A stretch of DNA of 16,664 nt from a bacterium. Its GTDB lineage: Bacteria > SZUA-182 > DTGQ01. The stretch spans positions 1 to 16,664 of the forward strand of contig JBFMGO010000125.1 of assembly GCA_040752695.1 (NCBI GenBank), read 5' to 3'. Of the stretch, positions 1 to 8,548 are shown piece by piece. How positions within the stretch are numbered: the stretch's first letter is position 1; each line of letters begins with the position of its first letter. Position numbers and translations under genes: made by a program. The notes beneath the pieces are model-generated. The model searched no databases, was not told the DNA's origin, and saw only the letters and a list, made by a program, of their open reading frames with translations.

Positions 1-2
1 GC

Positions 3-536
3 AGAGTGATGCTGCGGGCAGCCTTACTCACTCTGAAATACATCTTCCGGGAAGATCTGAGGGAACATTTACCGGAAATATTCGGTCTTTTGAGGGACCT
101 GGCTGAGAAAAAAACAGGAATAGAATTCATCGAAACCCTGATAAGATACTTTCTCAATGCAGCTCCAAAGGAGCATGTAACCTATGGAAATATCAAGGAG
201 GCTGTAGAGAGTGCCTTATCGGATAAAGGAGGTGAAATCATGCCTACCATTGCTGATTCACTCATCGAGGAAGGCAGAAAACAGGGGATGCAGCAGGGCA
301 TGCAACAGGGGATACTGCAGGGAATGCAGGAAGGAGTGCAGCAGGGAATCATCCAAAATGCTCGGGAAGCTGTCATTGACAGTCTTGAGGCTCGTTTTGA
401 TGTTGTACAAGAGTCGATGATAAAAACCATAAACGAGATAAACGATCCTTCAACCTTAAAGGTACTTCTGAGGAAAGCTGTCAAAGTAGAATCTCTTGAT
501 GAATTTGCACGCATCGTTCAGTTAATATTGCAATAA
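3..536 (+). CDS. Rpn family recombination-promoting nuclease/putative transposase (YhgA-like), C-terminal part; 5' end lies outside the window
   Basis: Frame is open from position 3. The sequence ALLTLKYIF...FIETLIRY...IMPTIADSLIEEGRKQG(MQQG)n...LEARF is the typical Rpn/YhgA C-terminal architecture. The catalytic N-terminus is not visible. Confidence 0.8.
   Translation, partial: RVMLRAALLTLKYIFREDLREHLPEIFGLLRDLAEKKTGIEFIETLIRYFLNAAPKEHVTYGNIKEAVESALSDKGGEIMPTIADSLIEEGRKQGMQQGMQQGILQGMQEGVQQGIIQNAREAVIDSLEARFDVVQESMIKTINEINDPSTLKVLLRKAVKVESLDEFARIVQLILQ
240..536 (+). CDS. Putative nested in-frame small protein (RpnS-like antitoxin, 98 aa, MPTIADSLIEEG...)
   Basis: AAGGAGGTGA at 226-235, then 4 nt, then an in-frame ATG at 240-242. 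Internal starts at the M-x-T-I-A motif are known for Rpn proteins. Confidence 0.65.
   Translation: MPTIADSLIEEGRKQGMQQGMQQGILQGMQEGVQQGIIQNAREAVIDSLEARFDVVQESMIKTINEINDPSTLKVLLRKAVKVESLDEFARIVQLILQ
282..348 (+). repeat. 12-bp coding tandem repeat (QGMQ/QGIL/EGVQ) in the Rpn tail
   Basis: caggggatgcag cagggcatgcaa caggggatactg cagggaatgcag gaaggagtgcag caggga. Confidence 0.85.
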
Positions 537-715
537 TGTAAACAATAGCAGGACCCAATCTTTTTATGAGGGAGCGTTTCTTGGGTAATTGAGAAATACA
601 AAGGACGTTTTCTGCCCTGAGTGGTTCTTGATCATCAGTGTTAATAGTTCGTGACTCCTCTGATAATGTTCCCTGATGATGCCCCCTTGATGGTTTCCCC
701 CTTGCGATGTCCTCC

Positions 716-3700
716 TTACGGAACCCGATCCAGATATTTCTTCAGGAATCTGGCTGTATGGGATACGTCACTGCACCCGAGGATATCATAGGGGGAGCCT
801 TTGGCCACGACAGTTCCGCCCTGTCTTCCTCCCTCAGGGCCAAGATCGATGATATAGTCCGCCTCCTTGATCACCTCAAGGTTATGTTCGATAACCACAA
901 CCGTATTGCCAGGATCGACCAGTTTCTGGAGGACTTGCATCAGTTTCTCGATGTCGGCCAGATGGAGACCCGTGGTTGGCTCATCCAGGATGTAGAGGGT
1001 GCGGCCTGAGGTTCTCTTGCCGAGTTCCGAGGCCAGTTTGATCCTCTGCGCCTCCCCGCCCGAAAGCGTGTTGCTTGGCTGGCCGATCTGGAGATAGCCA
1101 AGGCCGAGGTCGTTCAGAATGCGAAGCGGGTGTACGATCCGGGGAATCCTGGCGAAAAATTCCGCTCCCTCCTCTATGGTCAGATCAAGGACCTGAGATA
1201 TATTCTTCCCCTTATAGGGAATGCTTAAGGTTTCCTCGTTGAACCTTTGACCGTTGCATGTCTCGCAGTTAACAGAGACATCAGGCAAAAAGCTCATTTC
1301 AACCTTTATTCTCCCCTCTCCTGAACACGTTTCACACCTTCCGCCACTCACATTAAAGGAAAACCTGCCCGGGCCATAGCCCCTCATCCTGGCTTCGGGA
1401 AGACCGGCAAACAGCCGCCTGATCTCGTCATGGAAGCCGATATACGTGCCCGGCGTTGAACGGGGAGTTTTTCCGATCGGTGAATGATCCACCTCGAGGA
1501 CGCGATCGATGTTCTGCCATCCGTTGATTTCGGCGCAGATGTTGCCGGGGATATCCTCTTTATTCAGCAGGGCCTTTATTCCCTTCAGGATAATTTCCCT
1601 CAAAAGGGTGCTTTTCCCTGAGCCCGATACGCCCGTCAGGACAACCAGGGTACCGAAAGGAATAGCTATGTCGATACCTTTGAGGTTGTGCAGAACAGCA
1701 TTTTTAACGGTCAGCCATTTGTCCTCTCTGGCCTTTCGCTCCCTGGAGGTGATCCGAAAGCGGCCGGTTTCGCGAAGCCACTTTCCCGTTATCGAGGCAG
1801 GGTCTTTGCGGATATCGCCGGGCGTACCCTTGGCTATGACATACCCTCCCTCCCGGCCTGCGCCGGGGCCAAGATCGAGGACACAGTCCGCCCTGCGGAT
1901 CGTTTCCTCGTCGTGCTCGACCATGATCACGCTGTTGCCGCGTTCTTTAAGTTGCCACAGGGTATCCAGAAGCAGGTCATTGTCACGGGGATGGAGCCCG
2001 ATGGTCGGCTCATCCAGAATGTAGCAAACTCCTGCCAGATTCGATCCCAACTGAGCGGCCAGACGAATGCGCTGGGTCTCCCCGCCGGAAAGGGTATCAC
2101 CGCTGCGGTCAAGGGTCAGGTAGGGAAGCCCCACCCTCTTCAAAAAGGCCAGCCTGGTCATGATCTCCGGAATAAGGAGCCCGGCGATGATTCCGCCCCT
2201 GGTATCCAGGTTCAGCGCGGGGAAAAAATCCATGGCCTCCTCCACACTCAGAGAAACCATATCAGCCAGCGTGTATCCGGAAATCCGTATGGAAAGAGCC
2301 CGTTCATTCAGCCTTTTCCCCCCGCAGGCCGGGCAGAGCATTCCGGTTTCGGCATCGATCCCAAGGCCGTCACAGCCTGGACAGGCACCATAGCTGCTAT
2401 TAAAGGAAAAAAGCCTCGGATCGAGCGACTCAAACGCCGTCTCGCACTGCGGGCAGTATCCTTTCTCGCTGAAAATCTCCTCATGGCAGGGGGAGGAGGC
2501 ATTATTCTGCGCAGCGGCAAGAGCATAAAATGTCCCTTTGCCCTCCTGGAGTGCCTGACTGATGGCCTGCAACCGTTCGTCTCCGGTTGCCGATGCCAGG
2601 TCTATCTTCCGGACGACCAGATCTATGGAATGCTCCCTATACCGCTCGAGTTCCGGTATCCGTTCAAGCTGGATCAGCATGCCGTCAACTCTGGCCATGC
2701 GGCAGCCCTTTTTGATGGCCTGTCTGAAGAGGTCCTGGTAAATGCCTTTTCGCCGGACAACCTTGGGGGCCAGAAGGAGAACCTCCCTGCCCTCGAAAAC
2801 CTCGTTCAGGCGGTTGAGCATTTCCGCCTCCGATTGAGGGGCGATAAGGTGATTGCACCGGCAATACTGCATTCCGACCTTGCTGAACAAAAGCCGCAGG
2901 TAATGATAGATCTCGGTGATCGTGGCTACGGTGGACCGCCTTTGCAGGCTGCTCATCCTTTGCTCTATGGCCACGGTTGGAGGGATGCCGTTGATAAGGT
3001 CGAGGTCCGGCCGCTCCATGATCCTGAGATACTGCCGCACATAAGTGGGCAGGCTTTCGATGTAGCGGCGCTGCCCTTCGGCAAACAGGACATCAAAGGC
3101 CAGACTCGACTTGCCTGATCCGCTGATGCCCGTAATCACTACCACCTGATCGCGGGGAATAGTTACGGAGATATTTTTCAGATTATGCTCTCTGGCACCG
3201 CTGATAGTTATGACCCCATCTGCTGCGGCATGATCTGCCCCGCTCTCGCCTGCTGTGACCCCATCTGCTGCGGCATGATCTGTCCCGCATTCATCTGCTG
3301 TGGCTCCGGCTGCCATGCACTCATATGCAATACTCACATTTCCAGCTTGAGCACTGATGGATGATGACGATGCGTCGAGATACCGCTGCAAAAATCTGCC
3401 CGTATGGGAATCCGAAACCCGGGCCACCTCCTCCGGTGTGCCTGCCGCCACCAGGTAGCCGCCCGCATCCCCTCCCTCCGGGCCAAGGTCGATGATATAG
3501 TCTGCGCACTTGATCACATCGAGGTTGTGCTCGATGATCAGGAGGGAGTGGCCTGCCTCCATCAGCCTCTCGAAGGTTCGAAGCAGCTTATGGATATCCT
3601 CGAAATGCAGGCCGGTAGTCGGCTCGTCGAAAATGAATAAAGAGGTGGAGTGTGCCCTGGAATGCACACCAGTACGCGCACGGGAGCGTGTGCCAGAGCG

Positions 3701-6424
3701 TGCAGGCAGGTGCCTGATGAGCTTGAGCCTCTGGGCCTCGCCTCCCGAAAGGGTATTGATCGGCTGGCCAAGGCGCAGGTAGCCGAGCCCCACCTCGATC
3801 ACAGGATGCAAGAGGCGGGTAATTTCGGCAGAGTCTTTAAAGAAGTCACTGGCCTGTGCAAAAGTCAGCAGGAGGATATCACCGATGCTCTTCCCCCTGT
3901 AGGTAACTTCAAGCACCTCCTTCCGGTAGCGCAGGCCCTGACAGTCAGGACAGGTGATATAGACGTCGGACAAAAACTGCATCTCCACCTTTTCAAACCC
4001 ATTTCCCTGGCAGGTCTCACACCTGCCACCCCGGACATTGAACGAAAACATGCCCGCCGAATACCTCCGCTCTTTAGCCAGAGGAGTTTTGGCCAGAAGC
4101 CTGCGGATCGGATCGAAGGCTCCCACGTAGCTCACCGGGTTGGATCGTGGGGTCTTGCCGATCGGGCTCTGGTCAACCATAATAACCTCCCCGATATCAG
4201 AAAATCCCTCGATGCGGTCGTATGATCCCGCTTTTAGAGCAAAGAGGCCCTTTTCCTTCCTGATTCCCTGATAGATAATCTCCTCGGCCAGGGTGCTCTT
4301 GCCTGATCCTGAAACACCGGTCAGGCATACCATAAGGCCCAGCGGGAGGGTGAGGTCAATACCTTTCAGATTATGCGCCCTGGCTCCTTTTACCCTGATC
4401 ACTTTTGCCGGATCGGGCTTCCTGCGGCTTACAGGTACAGGAATCCGGGTCCGGCCAAGAAGATAATCGACTGTCCTTGACCCTTCGGCTCCGGCCATTT
4501 CAGAGAGAGGACCACTGTAGACGATGTTTCCGCCTTCCTCCCCTGCTCCGGGGCCAAGGTCGAGCAGGTGATCGCAGCCGGCGATAATCTCGGGATCATG
4601 CTCGACCACAACGACCGTATTTTGCCTGGCCAGTTCCTTCATGATTTTCACCAGGCGATGATTATCGCGGGGATGAAGGCCCACGCTGGGCTCATCAAGC
4701 ACGTAGAGGGTATTGACTAAAGATGAGCCAAGTGCCTTGGTCAGGCTTAACCGCTCGACCTCCCCCCCTGAGAGCGTCCGGGACTGCCTGTCCAGGGTCA
4801 GATAGTCAAGCCCCACTTCATCGAGATACTGAAGGCGGCTTTTAATCTCGCGCAGGATCGTCAAGGAAGCATGGTCAAGTTGCCCTGCTGATGGTGCACG
4901 GGAAGGGCGGCCTGCTATCGAAGCCTGGGCAGGCCAGCCTGCTGTTGAGGTGCGGTCAAGTTGCCCTGCTGTCGAGGCATGGCCGGGATGTTGTCCGTTG
5001 GCCAGACCGGTAAAAAATTCCCGGGCCTGGCTGATCGAGAGGCTGTACACCTGGGCCAGGTTCAGCCCCTTGATCCGGTAAAGGAGCGCTTCAGGCTTGA
5101 ACCTGCTGCCCTGACACACCGGACAGGTGAAATAGCCCCGGTAGCGGGACAGAAGCACCCGGACATGCATCTTGTAGCTTTTGCTCTCGAGCCATTTGAA
5201 AAAGCCGCGAATGCCATAAAAGCCGCGTTCACCTTCGATGATTGACTGCTGCTGACCGTGCGTCAGATCCTGGAAGGGAACAGTGGCAGGGATACCTTTT
5301 TTGCGGCAAAAACGGATCAGGTCAAAATACTCCTCCCGGTCCGTGCCCCAGGGCTTGACAGCACCCTGTTCGATCGATAAGCCGGGATCTGGAATAACCT
5401 GATCAAGATCGATCTCGATGATCCGACCAAAGCCCCGGCAGGTGGGACAGGCCCCCAGGGGGCTGTTATAGGAAAAAAGGTTCGGCACCGGGTCCTTGTA
5501 GTCAATATCGCAATATGGGCAGTGCAGATGGGCGCTGAACCTGAGGGTCTTTTGCCCCGGAATCCGCACCAGAATATGGCCCTGGCCAAACCGAAGGGCC
5601 TGCTCGATGGAGTCGATAATCCGGGTCCTGGCCTCGGTATCCTCAGGCCGGATGACGAACCGGTCAACGATCACTGACTGGTCACCAACTGCTGGCTGGT
5701 CACCAACTGCTGGCCGGTCACCGATTGCTGGCTGATCACCGATTGCTGGATGGTCACTAATTGCTGGATGGTCAATAGTTCCTGACTGGTCAATAGATCC
5801 TGAATCGTACTCTTCTGCGATTTCCATGACGCGGTCCCCGGCCAGAACCCGGTAAAACCCCTGGCGCAAAAGCTCCTGCCTGATCACTGCCGGATCAAGA
5901 GCACCTTTGGGATAGGGAAATGACAGGATCATGCGGCTTCCGGCCTCCTCCTGGCTGAGCGCCTCCCAGATGGTTTCAGGGGTGTCACGCACCACTTTCC
6001 GGGAGCACTGGCTGCAATGCAGCTCACCGATGCGGGCAAAGAGCAGCTTGGTGTAATCGGTCAGCTCGCTCATGGTCCCCACCGTGGAGCGGGAGGTTTT
6101 CACCGGGCTTCCCTGCTCTATGGCAATGGCCGGAGGGATGCCCTCTATTCGTTCGACCCTGGGTTTATCCATGCGGTCCATAAACTGGCGGGCATACGGA
6201 GAGAAAGTTTCAAGGTAACGCCTTTGCCCTTCAGCGTAGAGAGTATCGAAGGCCAGGCTCGATTTGCCCGACCCGCTCACCCCGGTAATGACCGTGATCT
6301 GATGCAACGGGATGTCAGCATCAAATCCTTTCAGGTTGTTCTGGCGCGCTGAGACAATTCTTATGGCACCTTTGTAATCCCTGTAATTTTTATAACTTTT
6401 GTAATCTTGTTCTTTTTTGCTCAT
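716..6424 (-). CDS. uvrA: Excinuclease ABC subunit A, double-length (two fused UvrA modules, 1902 aa)
   Basis: Four Walker A motifs (GVSGSGKS x3, GISGSGKS), four LSGGE signatures, four DEP[ST]xGLH Walker B regions, repeated CxxC zinc fingers, and the UvrA hallmark AEGQRRY[LI]E present twice. Confidence 0.96.
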   Translation of the reverse strand: MSKKEQDYKSYKNYRDYKGAIRIVSARQNNLKGFDADIPLHQITVITGVSGSGKSSLAFDTLYAEGQRRYLETFSPYARQFMDRMDKPRVERIEGIPPAIAIEQGSPVKTSRSTVGTMSELTDYTKLLFARIGELHCSQCSRKVVRDTPETIWEALSQEEAGSRMILSFPYPKGALDPAVIRQELLRQGFYRVLAGDRVMEIAEEYDSGSIDQSGTIDHPAISDHPAIGDQPAIGDRPAVGDQPAVGDQSVIVDRFVIRPEDTEARTRIIDSIEQALRFGQGHILVRIPGQKTLRFSAHLHCPYCDIDYKDPVPNLFSYNSPLGACPTCRGFGRIIEIDLDQVIPDPGLSIEQGAVKPWGTDREEYFDLIRFCRKKGIPATVPFQDLTHGQQQSIIEGERGFYGIRGFFKWLESKSYKMHVRVLLSRYRGYFTCPVCQGSRFKPEALLYRIKGLNLAQVYSLSISQAREFFTGLANGQHPGHASTAGQLDRTSTAGWPAQASIAGRPSRAPSAGQLDHASLTILREIKSRLQYLDEVGLDYLTLDRQSRTLSGGEVERLSLTKALGSSLVNTLYVLDEPSVGLHPRDNHRLVKIMKELARQNTVVVVEHDPEIIAGCDHLLDLGPGAGEEGGNIVYSGPLSEMAGAEGSRTVDYLLGRTRIPVPVSRRKPDPAKVIRVKGARAHNLKGIDLTLPLGLMVCLTGVSGSGKSTLAEEIIYQGIRKEKGLFALKAGSYDRIEGFSDIGEVIMVDQSPIGKTPRSNPVSYVGAFDPIRRLLAKTPLAKERRYSAGMFSFNVRGGRCETCQGNGFEKVEMQFLSDVYITCPDCQGLRYRKEVLEVTYRGKSIGDILLLTFAQASDFFKDSAEITRLLHPVIEVGLGYLRLGQPINTLSGGEAQRLKLIRHLPARSGTRSRARTGVHSRAHSTSLFIFDEPTTGLHFEDIHKLLRTFERLMEAGHSLLIIEHNLDVIKCADYIIDLGPEGGDAGGYLVAAGTPEEVARVSDSHTGRFLQRYLDASSSSISAQAGNVSIAYECMAAGATADECGTDHAAADGVTAGESGADHAAADGVITISGAREHNLKNISVTIPRDQVVVITGISGSGKSSLAFDVLFAEGQRRYIESLPTYVRQYLRIMERPDLDLINGIPPTVAIEQRMSSLQRRSTVATITEIYHYLRLLFSKVGMQYCRCNHLIAPQSEAEMLNRLNEVFEGREVLLLAPKVVRRKGIYQDLFRQAIKKGCRMARVDGMLIQLERIPELERYREHSIDLVVRKIDLASATGDERLQAISQALQEGKGTFYALAAAQNNASSPCHEEIFSEKGYCPQCETAFESLDPRLFSFNSSYGACPGCDGLGIDAETGMLCPACGGKRLNERALSIRISGYTLADMVSLSVEEAMDFFPALNLDTRGGIIAGLLIPEIMTRLAFLKRVGLPYLTLDRSGDTLSGGETQRIRLAAQLGSNLAGVCYILDEPTIGLHPRDNDLLLDTLWQLKERGNSVIMVEHDEETIRRADCVLDLGPGAGREGGYVIAKGTPGDIRKDPASITGKWLRETGRFRITSRERKAREDKWLTVKNAVLHNLKGIDIAIPFGTLVVLTGVSGSGKSTLLREIILKGIKALLNKEDIPGNICAEINGWQNIDRVLEVDHSPIGKTPRSTPGTYIGFHDEIRRLFAGLPEARMRGYGPGRFSFNVSGGRCETCSGEGRIKVEMSFLPDVSVNCETCNGQRFNEETLSIPYKGKNISQVLDLTIEEGAEFFARIPRIVHPLRILNDLGLGYLQIGQPSNTLSGGEAQRIKLASELGKRTSGRTLYILDEPTTGLHLADIEKLMQVLQKLVDPGNTVVVIEHNLEVIKEADYIIDLGPEGGRQGGTVVAKGSPYDILGCSDVSHTARFLKKYLDRVP
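3211..3300. repeat. 45-bp tandem duplication (2 copies) in the linker between the two UvrA halves
   Basis: tgaccccatctgctgcggcatgatctg starts at 3211 and at 3256; encodes DHAAADGV twice. Confidence 0.9.
4866..4996. repeat. Degenerate 27-bp in-frame tandem repeat (about 4.5 copies) inside uvrA
   Basis: Units start at 4866, 4893, 4920, 4947 and 4974; ggtcaagttgccctgctg recurs. Peptide HASTAGQLD-RTSTAGWPA-QASIAGRPS-RAPSAGQLD-HAS. Confidence 0.8.
5660..5803. repeat. 18-bp in-frame tandem repeat (8 units) inside uvrA
   Basis: ctggtcaccaactgctgg is identical at 5678 and 5696, with progressively diverged units at 5714, 5732, 5750, 5768, 5786 and 5660. Encodes (PA[IV][GS]D[QHR])n. Confidence 0.92.
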
Positions 6425-6695
6425 GTTTTATCTATATGTCTGCATAGTGCCCAGACTGAGTATGCGAAGTTCTCGGAAAAAATGTCAGGCAATAGAATCT
6501 ATAATCAAGTCGCTCATATACGTTAGCCATCGCATCCTTTTTTGTGGGATTGATAGATGCTTTTTATTAGATCTATACTTTCGCATTTTTCAGCAATAGA
6601 TTAGATATGTTGCCTTATAAATATGAGCGAATCAAGTAGATATAATCTACATTATATTATATATAATGATATTAGATCTAGTTAATACTCGTAAT

Positions 6696-6732
6696 ATAAT
6701 GCTATAATAGCATAATGCTATAATACCATAAT
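6696..6732. repeat. 16-bp tandem repeat containing TATAAT hexamers in the AT-rich divergent intergenic region
   Basis: ataatgctataatagc / ataatgctataatacc / ataat. Confidence 0.75.
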
Positions 6733-6884
6733 AAACGAAAAAATGGTATAAGGCTTTCTCGAAAGGCATGGGGCCATCTCAAGTGTGATTATCGATAATA
6801 ATTTCTTTTTATTATTAAATTTATTCTATGCTATAATATATACGAAGAGGAAGTAAAATAACTGAAGGGAGGATAGCTGAAAAG

Positions 6885-8462
6885 ATGCGCTTTTTCAATA
6901 CTGCCGGACCGGTAAGATGCGAGGAGCACTATTGTTTGCCTCCACTTGGGCGGCTTGACCTCAGTGAGGTACTGTCCCTGATTGCCCAGAAAAAATATTT
7001 CGTCTTGCATGCTCCACGCCAGACAGGGAAAACCACCTGCCTTCTGGCGATGATGGATTATTTGAATGCTACAGGCAGCTACCGGTGTCTTTACTTCAAT
7101 GTGGAGTCGGCTCAGACTGCCAGGGAGGATGTGCGAAAGGGTATGAAGGCCATACTGTCTGCGATGTCTTTGAGGGCATCTCATTTTCTGGAAGATGATT
7201 TCCCTGAATCTCACTGGCTGCAGATACTGGAAAAAAGCGGGGAACATGGTGCTTTAAACTCCTTACTTTCTCTTTGGGCCAAAGAAAGTCCACTACCATT
7301 GGTTCTTTTGATCGATGAGATCGATTCCCTTGTGGGGGATACACTGATTTCCGTGTTGCGTCAATTGCGGTCAGGCTATGATATGCGGCCTGGCACGTTT
7401 CCTCAGAGCATCGTGCTGTGCGGCGTTCGGGATGTGAGAGACTACAGGATACATTCTGCCGCGGACAAAGCGATAATTACTGGAGGAAGCGCTTTTAATA
7501 TCAAAGCGGAATCTCTTCGTCTTGGAAGCTTCTCCAAGGGTGAGGTATCGGCTCTTTATCAAGAACACACAGAAGAAACGGGACAGGAATTTGCGCACGG
7601 AGCCGTGGACCTGATTTGGGACTTGACCCAGGGTCAGCCCTGGCTGGTAAATGCCCTTGGCTACGAAGCGTGTTTTACCATGAAGGAGGGGCGTGACCGG
7701 AGTGAGCCGGTTACAGCCGAGATGATTCGAAAGGCCAAAGAAAACCTTATCCTGAGAAGGGATACTCATATCGACCAGTTGGCTGACAAGTTGCAGGAAG
7801 CCCGGGTCCGTCGGGTGATCGAGCCAATATTGGAAGGGCTCAAAGAGCCGGAGCAGATCCCTTTTGAAGACTTGTCATATGTAATAGACTTAGGGCTGGT
7901 GAGCATTGACGGGCAGTTGCGCATAGCAAACCGGATCTATCAGGAAGTGATTCCCAGAGAATTGACTTACAGCACTCAGGTCACTATCTCGGAGCAGCCC
8001 TCGTGGTATATCGGTCTGGATGGCCGGATCGACATGGACAAGCTTCTTGCTTCATTTCAGGAATTTTTCCGCGAGCACTCGGAGCATTGGGTAGAGCGAT
8101 TTCAGTACAAAGAGGCAGGTCCTCAACTGCTTTTGCAGGCTTTCCTTCAAAGGATCATAAATGGCGGAGGAAGAGTGGAAAGGGAGTATGGCCTTGGCCG
8201 GATGCGGACAGACCTTCTCATTGTCTGGCCTTATAATACCGGGATTCAAAAAGTGGTGATCGAGCTTAAGGTACTCCATAAGTCACTCGATGATACTCTT
8301 GCCAGGGGGCTCAAACAGACAATGGAATATATGGACTGCTGCAATACGGATCAAGGCCATCTGGTGATTTTTGACCGCCGCGAGGGAAAAAGGTGGGAGG
8401 AGAAAATATTCAGGCGGGAAGAGAAATATCAAACTAACAGTATTACCGTATGGGGAATGTGA
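6885..8462 (+). CDS. AAA-like P-loop ATPase fused to a C-terminal PD-(D/E)XK nuclease-like domain (525 aa)
   Basis: N-terminal FFNTAGP, Walker A APRQTGKTT, Walker B LLIDEID, and C-terminal VEREY..GR.RTDLLI...VVIELK...GLKQ..EY nuclease pattern. GGGAGG Shine-Dalgarno upstream. Confidence 0.88.
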   Translation: MRFFNTAGPVRCEEHYCLPPLGRLDLSEVLSLIAQKKYFVLHAPRQTGKTTCLLAMMDYLNATGSYRCLYFNVESAQTAREDVRKGMKAILSAMSLRASHFLEDDFPESHWLQILEKSGEHGALNSLLSLWAKESPLPLVLLIDEIDSLVGDTLISVLRQLRSGYDMRPGTFPQSIVLCGVRDVRDYRIHSAADKAIITGGSAFNIKAESLRLGSFSKGEVSALYQEHTEETGQEFAHGAVDLIWDLTQGQPWLVNALGYEACFTMKEGRDRSEPVTAEMIRKAKENLILRRDTHIDQLADKLQEARVRRVIEPILEGLKEPEQIPFEDLSYVIDLGLVSIDGQLRIANRIYQEVIPRELTYSTQVTISEQPSWYIGLDGRIDMDKLLASFQEFFREHSEHWVERFQYKEAGPQLLLQAFLQRIINGGGRVEREYGLGRMRTDLLIVWPYNTGIQKVVIELKVLHKSLDDTLARGLKQTMEYMDCCNTDQGHLVIFDRREGKRWEEKIFRREEKYQTNSITVWGM

Positions 8463-8489
8463 GATGAAAGGCACCTTATAAATCATATA

Positions 8490-8517
8490 GAGCAAGTGCA
8501 GATGGAGCAAGTGCAGA
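8490..8517. repeat. Short direct duplication (13 bp identical, period 15)
   Basis: gagcaagtgcaga at 8490 and 8505. Confidence 0.85.
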
Positions 8518-8548
8518 GTAAATCAGGTCAAAGGAAACGTAATCCTTC

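Noticed and set aside
3..536. Rpn gene as an active IS transposase or mobile element
   Set aside because: No terminal inverted repeats or target duplication are visible, and YhgA/Rpn proteins are not established transposases.
537..715. Intrinsic terminator between the convergent rpn and uvrA genes
   Set aside because: Only weak, widely spaced complementarity (acccaa/ttgggt); no compact GC stem followed by a U tract.
1688..3118. 476-aa plus-strand ORF and other antisense ORFs over uvrA (707-1009, 3650-4225, 6017-6352)
   Set aside because: Antisense shadows of a GC-rich conserved gene; no recognisable domain.
5660..5803. Repeat array considered as a CRISPR
   Set aside because: Units are contiguous with no unique spacers, lie in frame within uvrA, and no cas genes are present.
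6439..6455. Possible SOS box upstream of uvrA (tctg-catagtgcc-caga)
   Set aside because: Spacing is CTG-N9-CAG rather than N10 and it lacks the CTGT/ACAG arms seen at lexA, so LexA control of uvrA is not supported.
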